A stretch of DNA of 63,940 nt, counting the filler, from Octopus bimaculoides (taxonomy: Eukaryota), in the NCBI RefSeq assembly GCF_001194135.2. It is 6 parts of 6 records of this genome, joined end to end, with 100 filler letters (N's around TTAATTAATTAA, not from the genome) between each part and the next. Parts side by side here need not be neighbours in the genome. Positions count along the whole stretch, not along the records: positions 41,917 to 59,358 come from NC_069000.1; positions 59,459 to 62,127 come from NW_026417710.1; positions 62,228 to 63,940 come from NW_026437535.1; 3 more parts are not named here. One strand, given 5' to 3'. Positions 56,297-63,940 of the stretch are shown one piece after another. The first letter of the stretch is position 1; each line of letters begins with the position of its first letter. Made by a program: the position numbers and the translations under genes. The notes under the pieces were generated by a model. The model ran no database searches, was not told the DNA's origin, and saw only the letters and a list, made by a program, of their open reading frames with translations.

Positions 56297-56530
56297 AAAG
56301 GTGGTGAGCTGGCAGAATCGTTAGCACGCCGGGCGAAATGCTTAGCGGTATTTCGTCTGTCGTTACGTTCTGAGTTCAAATTCCGCCGAGGTCGACTTTG
56401 CCTTTCATCCTTTCGGGGTCAATTAAATATGTACCAGTTATGCACTGGGGTCGATATAATCGACTTAATCCGTTTGTCTGTCCTTGTTTGTCCCCTCTAT
56501 GTTTAGCCCCCTGTGGGCAATAAAGAAATA
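56297..56530 (+). mobile_element. Young SINE family A copy with 15-bp TSD
   Basis: TSD aatattgttcaacaa at 56282-56296 and 56531-56545; A-box-like tggcagaatcg, B-box-like gagttcaaattcc. Confidence 0.93.
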
Positions 56531-56579
56531 AATATTGTTCAACAATGATATACCCTTACCCAACTGATCCAGCACAGCT

Positions 56580-56800
56580 TGTCACAGTATCAGTTACTCT
56601 TGGACAGGTTTATGGTCAAGCCTGTGGCAGTGGAGACCTCTGGCATTCTTGGCCTCCGGACCATATCCCTGCTCACCACTATCAGAGCAGAGATGGCTAT
56701 CCACAAGTGCGAGCCTTGTGAGTCAGAGAGGCTGTTCCAGTACAAATTCCCTTGCCATTCTCCTGAGCAGCATCTTTTCTATTCTGTCTGCTAGTACCAC
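56580..56800 (+). mobile_element. CRE-like (REL endonuclease) LINE 3' fragment
   Basis: QYQLLLDRFMVKPVAVETSGILG..LLTTI..EPCESERLFQ, then frameshift to SLAILLSSIFSILSA. Resembles the PVAVET.G..G..RE..WLFQR.SLA..RGNA C-terminus of CRE-type elements. Confidence 0.65.
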
Positions 56801-57880
56801 AAGGCAGTCTGAATTACAGGAAATCAAGGGAATGTAAGAATTTCATAGCTTACTACACAAACAATAAACTTACGAGACATTCATAAATCAAATATCACAT
56901 GAATATCTAATAGATTATGCTTTCAGCATAAGTTGTCATTTTTCTGAATCATAAGGAGAAATATGACCAAAGCTTCACTTCCAGTGTTTATAGCAGTAAA
57001 GGGATGCAATACAAATCTCCATCTGGACAGGTGGCTTTGAATATTTAATAAATTATCCAGTCTATGGCTTTTAGAGTACAGTCATTTTTTTTATCTACTG
57101 TTGGTAGCTTTTCTTGTGGGAAGATATGAATTTGATAGTGTGACCCACAAAACACTCACTCCCCAATTCTATAGTGTTGCCACTAATTACTGCAGAGAGT
57201 TATATACCTTCTGTTGTACTACATAACTCAGAACTTGATGGTAGACTCAACCATTGAGAGTCAAGTACCTTTAATATGAACATAGACACTATATGCAGTA
57301 CCAGTGTTAGAATACACTGCTAAGTATTCAGGATACTTGTTTAGTATTTATAAGCAAGGCATAGAAGGTAGCAAAATTGTTGGTTGTACAAATAAGTTTT
57401 GAATAAATGGGTGAGTGGGAGGTGTTTTATTAACCCTAACCTTAACAAATCACTGACTGATAATATAGAGAACTAGTATTAGCTGAGATTAAGGCTCTTT
57501 GATATCACTGATTATCAGTTTACAAGGTCTTGTTGAATAATTTATCTTGCCTTGACCTATAGTCTCTGACCTCCCTCTTACTGATTAGTCAAACAACATC
57601 CCATGCTGTTGATATTTGATGACACTAATGTAAAAGGAACAATGTAAGAAAGAGATAAGGAGAGAAAGAGAGGGTGTGGAGATACTATGTTACTGTAAGG
57701 TTAGGATGTTGCACTGGACTACTGACAACATGGATCAGGATTTCGAACTTTACCTTCTGCAGCCAGTATGTTGTAATCTGTGTATTCGTCAATCTGGCTA
57801 ATAATAGATTCCACTTACCCTCAGATGACTAGGTGTGGGAGAGGAGAGGTCAGGGGTGAGAGACATTAGGTTGACATGGA

Positions 57881-58068
57881 TGGGAAAGGTTAAGGGTGGG
57901 AAAGGTTATGGATGAGAAAAATTAAAGATGGAAATGTTAGGAGTGATTAGGGTTAGAAGGGAGGAAGGTTAATAGGTGGGAAGAGTTAAAGAGAGGGAAA
58001 ATTAATGGTGGGAAAGGTTAAAAATGGGAAGGTAAAGGGTTGAAAAGATTAAGGGTGAGAAAAATTAA
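57881..58068. repeat. Degenerate 16-17-bp G-rich minisatellite (gggtgggaaaggttaa)
   Basis: About ten diverged units, most ending in TTAA or a one-base variant. Confidence 0.75.
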
Positions 58069-58264
58069 CCCTTTGCCTGTCATGTGATACACAATACATA
58101 TTTCTCTCAGTCCATGCATCAAATATAACACATATTCCCAATTTTTTTCGACACCAGAGTAACTTGGGGCTTCTGAAAGAAAAGGAGAATGTATGAAATA
58201 AGGGCTGAAAACAATTATGGATGTTTAGGACAAACTTATGAGAATGCTTTGGACAGGCAAAGGA
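58069..58264. mobile_element. 196-bp piggyBac-type MITE
   Basis: TTAA at 58065-58068 and 58265-58268; TIRs ccctttgcctgtc / gacaggcaaagga (12 of 13 matching). Confidence 0.8.
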
Positions 58265-58419
58265 TTAACCCTTTAGTATTCAGATTATTAATAGTTTCAC
58301 TTTAATAGTTTCATTTTAATAGTTTCAGTATTAAAGTGAATATATCTGACATTACAGTAGAGAGATGTTATTGTTTCACTTTTGACACATAATACTGCAA
58401 CAGTGGAGGAGATGTGATA

Positions 58420-58596
58420 TTGCACTGGGCTCGCACTAGGCAAGAAGTTAAAAATCTTTTTGGTCTAAAACACTACATGGACCCTAAATAAGGCATGTGT
58501 AAAATTTGAATGAAATTGGTTGTGTAGTTCTGAAGTTTTAGGGATTCACACAGACAGACACACATTCTCATCTTTATATATATATATATATATATA
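58420..58596 (-). mobile_element. Helitron-like 5' terminal segment
   Basis: Minus strand (ta)n-aaagatgagaatgtgtgtctgtctgtg..ctaaaacttcagaactacacaaccaatttcattcaaattttacac, resembling invertebrate Helitron 5' ends as I recall them. The terminal TC is not visible. Confidence 0.55.
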
Positions 58597-59358
58597 CTAG
58601 CAGCTAAGCCCCGTTTCACCAGGTCAGAGAGCGACGTGAAGAGAGAAATGAAGACATTAAAAAGAGGAAGAAATGGATACGAAGTGGTGTTTGGGTGACG
58701 GATCTTGGTAGAAAAAAAAGAATGTCATGGTGAGTTAGTAAGGAGAGCAAAGCAAGACTGGACTTACGTGGGCTGACAGAACGATGAAAAAATTGTGGAG
58801 TTGAAATTGGAGCAGTTGAAGTTGCTGTTGTTATCATTAGAGTGCCTCTTGGTAGACAACATTCTTTGTCTTTCCTCAGGTGCACAAATAGAAAGACCCT
58901 GGAGACAGCCAACATACAGTTGTGCATGTGAGAATACTTGATCTGTCAGATTCAAACCAACCGCTTGCATTGATTGTCCCTGTGCCTTGTTGATTGTCAT
59001 GGGAAAGCAGTTTGATCGGAAATTGCATCTGTTTAAACTTGTAGGTTGTATGGGAGTGGGTAAGGGACATGGGAGTTATAAGTATGTCTTAGCCAGCGGC
59101 CGGTTCATTCAAGATTGTTGCCTACAGAACTCGGGAGCACAATTTTTTGATAATCATCCACATACCACTGCACATTATTGGAGCATCTAAATTCCTTAGC
59201 AGCATAATTGGCATGCCAACTTTCAGATGCAGTTCGTGAGCTGGTAGTTCTGTGGGTCCCCATTTTTGTCAGATTTGTCATGGGCTGGCCAGTCTATCTC
59301 AGATACATGGGAAGCTGGATTAAATTTTTCATAAACACAGGGGAACCGAAATAAATTT
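58597..59358 (-). mobile_element. Helitron 3' part with decayed PIF1-like helicase C-terminus and CTAG end
   Basis: ELPAHELHLKVGMPIMLLRNLDAPIMCSG..IKKL..FKQMQFPIKL..MTINKAQGQSMQAVGLNLTDQVFSHAQLYVGC. The 3' end is an imperfect hairpin cctggtgaaacgggg followed by CTAG (58597-58600) then T. Confidence 0.88.
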
Positions 59359-59458
59359 NNNNNNNNNNNNNNNNNNNNNNNNNNNNNNNNNNNNNNNNNN
59401 NNTTAATTAATTAANNNNNNNNNNNNNNNNNNNNNNNNNNNNNNNNNNNNNNNNNNNN
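59359..59458. other. Artificial scaffold linker
   Basis: 44 N + TTAATTAATTAA + 44 N. Confidence 0.95.
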
Positions 59459-60676
59459 TGACTGTGGCCATGCTGGAACACTGCCTTTAGTCGAACAAAT
59501 TGACCCCAGGTCGTATTCTTTGTAAGTCTAGTACAAGTTACATGGTGGCTTCTCATAAAAAGCACCCAGTGCTGCACTGTAAAGTGGTTGGTGTTTGGAA
59601 GAGCATCCAGCCATAGGAACCATAACAAAACAGATTCTGGAGCACAATGCAGTGATCGGAACCATTGAATTCTGCCTAACTATTCGGCCGATGTCAACAT
59701 GGAATATAGAATGTTAAATGATGATGGTTTCATATATCTATTTATCTATCTCTATGTATATATATGTTAAAAATTATTCAACAATACTCAAGAAAACCTG
59801 AATATTTTTTCAGAAGTAAATCAATAAAAAAAATTGTAAAAAAAAACAAGAATGCTAAAAAAAAAAACTGCTTCTCTGACAACATTTTATAGTGGAACGT
59901 AAAACAAAGAATCAATTTGCTTTCGGAGTCTTTGAATAGCTGCAGAGAAATGAAAGAAAAAGAAAAAAAGTGCCGTAGGAAATGCACATATGCAGAGTGA
60001 ATGGAATGCAACAGGTGTAAATTATCAAAAACAAAAGGAATGCTAAATAATTTCTCTTTTTTTTTTTTATAACATTAAAATTTCATATTTAAAGTAAAAC
60101 TAAAATTGGAAGTCCAGTAAAAGAAAATGAGAAATGCCAGCGCCATACAGCAGCAGTAGCAGAGTTCAGGAATCTTTCTTCAACAGTTGACACAATAATA
60201 TAGAAATATTAAAAATACCAAAGATTGTAAAAGAGTTAAAGAACTATGAAAGGCATCGTTCTTAACCTTGTGAAGTGTCTGACGAATTTAGTTTCCATAC
60301 ACAACAGAAGAAAAAAAAAGGACAAATAAAGTTTTTTAAAATATTCTCCTTATCAATCCGAAAGATGGACTTTCTCTGTGGTTGGTCATTTCACAAACTA
60401 ATCTTTACCATTTCGAATATGTCTGCCCAAGAATAACTGAATTGGCACAACACAACAAGTTAAACACTTTTTAAAAGATGTCGTCATTGCATTTTGTATC
60501 ATTTGAAACTAATCATCATCATCGTCATCATTTAGCATTCTCCTTCCACTCGTTAAACTACAAAAAAGATAATATTTGTCCACCAATATGATGTTGAGCA
60601 CTCATTCTCACTGTAAATATTACCACACACACATACACACACATATATATATACACACACATATTATGCATGTGTG

Positions 60677-60708
<32 letters not shown>

Positions 60709-60798
60709 TATTGTGTGTGCGTGTGTGTGTGTGTGTGCGTGTGTCCACGTGTGACAAAAGTGTAAATCTTCTTAAGAGTTGAAACACCAAATACAAAC

Positions 60799-60919
60799 CT
60801 TATCAGAAATACACTGCAGTGTTTCGTCCATGCAACCAACAACGATGTTCTTATTAATTCGAATCATACCAACAGGTTGCGAGCTCAACTCTATACACAG
60901 TTTGGGGACAACATTGACT
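60799..60919 (-). CDS. BBS1: BBS1 coding exon, 121 bp (third of the three seen)
   Basis: tctctctccag|a-GTC..AAG|gtttgt; (R)VNVVPKLCIELSSQPVGMIRINKNIVVGCMDETLQCISDK versus human [35 protein letters not shown]. Phase matches the previous exon. Confidence 0.93.
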
Positions 60920-61261
60920 CTGGAGAGAGAAAGAAAACATTAGGGAGATAGAAACCCTGATTTAATAAATGAAAATTTAGACATCTGTGTAAATAGGTGT
61001 AACAGAGCAAACTTCTGTCTTTTTGCAATGAATAATTATGAAATGAGGGGAAAATATTGAAGGTCTCCATTGGCAAACAGAAAAAGATTACAAAGTGGAA
61101 CATGACAAAATAATTTGATTGTGATTCGTATTTTGTATTTACAGAGTCAATATATACACTGCAGCTATAGTCTAACAAGGCAAAGATAAAAGATATACAA
61201 ACGTAAAGATGCAGAGATGCGAAAGAAAACGTGGAGAGGCAGCTTTGAAAGTTGTTCCAAC

Positions 61262-61368
61262 CTTTTGAAGATGTAAATCTTTCCGTCTCGGCACGAAGCG
61301 ATGATTTTATATTCAACATCAAACATTCCTGTCACAGTCATAAACACGGGGACACTGGGCAATTTCAT
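61262..61368 (-). CDS. BBS1: BBS1 coding exon, 107 bp (second of the three seen)
   Basis: tgtctacag|ATG..AAAAG|gttgga; MKLPSVPVFMTVTGMFDVEYKIIASCRDGKIYIFK(R) versus human [36 protein letters not shown]. Confidence 0.95.
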
Positions 61369-61736
61369 CTGTAGACAACAACAAGAACAGGGATTACTGG
61401 GATTCGAATGAAAATTAGGGGAAATATTGGAATTTAAGTTTCATGGGACTCAAAGTAGCNNNNNNNNNNGAAGTTGAATTTCTGCAGCTGGATGCGCTTC
61501 CTGTCACCAACGTTCACTTTTCTCCAAGCCAGGTAATATTTGCCCCTTTGGTTAGACATGTTCTCAGGAAATATTGCAAATGAATGACAAGACAGGAAGG
61601 CACACACACACACACGCACACACTGTCAGTCTGTCTGTTTGTGTGTGTCTCTCTCTCTCTTTCTTACACATACGCACACATTTCACCATGATTTCTCTCT
61701 CTCTGTCCTCTAATTCACTCTCTTTCTCACCTTCAG

Positions 61737-61868
61737 CCTGTAATTACCTGTATGAGTACGTTAAACAAGTCCTCCAGTGATGAAGATGCTGTCAGTTGTC
61801 TTGTTATTGGTACTGAGAACAAGAGTATCACGATTCTAGATCCAGCTGCTTTTACTGTACTTAAAACG
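61737..61868 (+). CDS. BBS1: BBS1 coding exon, 132 bp (first of the three seen; opposite strand to the next two)
   Basis: ctcaccttcag|CCT..ACG|gtaagt; [44 protein letters not shown] versus human [44 protein letters not shown]. Confidence 0.95.
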
Positions 61869-61884
61869 GTAAGTCTTCAGCGTT

Positions 61885-61915
<31 letters not shown>

Positions 61916-61926
61916 GAGTGGTGAAA

Positions 61927-62090
61927 GGTGGTGAGCTGGCAGAATGCTAAGTGGAATTTTGTTTGTCCTTACGTTCTGAGTTCAAATTCCATCAAGGTTA
62001 ACTTTACTTCTCATCCTTTTCATGGTTGTCAAAATAAGGACCAGTTGAGCCCTGGGGATGATGGAATCAACTTAATTCCTTCCCTTCCGA
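61927..62090 (+). mobile_element. SINE family A copy, CpG-decayed
   Basis: ggtgagctggcagaat..ttacgttctgagttcaaattccatcaaggttaactttac. Confidence 0.8.
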
Positions 62091-62127
62091 AACAAGAAAG
62101 GAGTATTAAGATAGTGAGCTGGCAGAA

Positions 62128-62227
62128 NNNNNNNNNNNNNNNNNNNNNNNNNNNNNNNNNNNNNNNNNNNNTTAATTAATTAANNNNNNNNNNNNNNNNN
62201 NNNNNNNNNNNNNNNNNNNNNNNNNNN
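62128..62227. other. Artificial scaffold linker
   Basis: 44 N + TTAATTAATTAA + 44 N. Confidence 0.95.
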
Positions 62228-63124
62228 CCACAGCTCATGAGCTGAAACTAGATAAAATGAAAAAATAAAATGAAAATGAAATATATATATATATATACAT
62301 ACTTCTATCCAGATCAACACGTCCTTTTCTATTTCTCTCCTTCTCTTTCTCTAGCTAGATATGTATGTGTGTCTGCATATATGAACACACACATACACAC
62401 ACACACACACACACACAAAGACACACGCGCTCACACACACATAATACACACACACGAACATACGCTCATGAATGCATACACACATGCACACGAACATAAA
62501 TATGGAAATATGAGCAGGTATTTCAATGAATGGACAATATCGGTTATATGACATTGATGCTATTCAGAAAGGAATTATTAATGTAAATGAATCGAAATTA
62601 CTTCCAGTTGAAATTGAAACCTACGGGGTAGATGACACCTGTCTTCCACCGGGATACAGGGAATCTATGCCACCACATACATGCAACGACATATTCTGAG
62701 AGACACACAGAGACACACGGAGACATGCACGAATATATGCATATGAATGTGTACTGCAGTATATACACAAAGGTACAATAAAATCTACATATATAAAGGC
62801 TTAACTGCGCATTTCGTGATACGTACGTACCAGATGTACTAGATTTAATAGATAATATAAAGTACTACCTGTGTGTATGTGAATTATACGTACACGTTAA
62901 TGGTCTTGCGCACGAATGTACATGTATATATACGTTTATATGCTTATATATGTAGATTTATATACTTATATTTGTAGATACGTATATATATATATATATA
63001 TATATATACCTATAACTATGTCGGTATATCTATCTATCTATCTATCTATTTATCTATTTATCTAATCTATTTATAAATACATACATATTTACATATATAA
63101 ATATATAAATATATATATGTGTAT

Positions 63125-63179
<55 letters not shown>

Positions 63180-63689
63180 GATTGGTTGATGGACACATAA
63201 TCATATTGAGATCCACGAACAAATACATAAATACAGAGATTGATAGATGGATAGAATGATACAACGATAGATAGATATTCAAATATACGCGATTAGTAGG
63301 CGCATTCATATTACGCTATATATATACAAACGTATAATAATCATACGTATCTACCTGCCTACTAAACTATCTACATATCTAACCATCTGTCCATCCTTCT
63401 GATCTATGTGTACATACATACACATATGCCTGCATGCATTCATGTATAATCAAATATATACATGCATGTATCCACACAAACATATATGCATATATAAACA
63501 CATGGATATATGCATACAGACATATATAGATACATAAAAAAAAAAACAGGCTTAAAGACATGCACACATACATACATGCTGGGGTAAGTACCTGAAATAT
63601 GAGTTTGTGAAGCAATAATAAATTACTATCCTGGGAAATGAATATTCGTTTCTACTCTAGGTAAATTGCTCGAATTTTGGTGGGAGAGG

Positions 63690-63850
63690 GGACAGTCGAT
63701 TAGATCAGCCCCACTACGCAACTGGTACTTATTTATCGAACACGAAAGGCACAGTCGACCTCGGCGGAATTTGAACTCAGTATGTAAAGACAGACAAAAT
63801 ACAGGTAAGCATTTCGCCCGGAGTGCTAGCGTTTGTGCTACCTTACCACC
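63690..63850 (-). mobile_element. SINE family A copy
   Basis: gtcgatt..ctggtacttatttatcga..gtcgacctcggcggaatttgaactcag..aagcatttcgcccggagtgctagc. Confidence 0.85.
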
Positions 63851-63940
63851 TCTTGGAAATGAATATTAAATATAATAAAATGCATATTCGTAAATTTCAA
63901 TAGGTACGTTTATATCTCTGTGTTGGTATATATATATATA

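Noticed and set aside
61460-62127. Trans-splicing of BBS1 as the main explanation for the strand discordance
   Set aside because: The strand switch coincides with an assembly gap and a simple contig flip resolves it.

Overview
AT-rich, microsatellite-dense animal DNA from a gapped draft assembly. The SINE families and repeat landscape suggest an octopus (inference). Five artificial 100-bp linkers (44 N + TTAATTAATTAA + 44 N) split the window into six separately assembled pieces. The only confidently recognised host gene is BBS1: three consecutive coding exons with canonical splice sites at 60.8-61.9 kb. The first lies on the + strand and the next two on the - strand across a 10-N gap, most simply a mis-oriented contig. 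Also present: an intronless decayed DnaJA/Hsp40 pseudogene (1.3-2.0 kb), a full-length decayed mariner, a decayed Merlin transposase, a Helitron helicase fragment whose CTAG 3' end abuts a Helitron-like 5' end, a TTAA-flanked piggyBac-type MITE, LINE fragments (R4/Dong-like x2, CR1/L2-like, CRE-like) and many tRNA-derived SINEs sharing modules. The 41.9-62.1 kb pieces look CpG-depleted, as expected of methylated gene bodies. I found no convincing novel biological system; the best leads are listed as findings.
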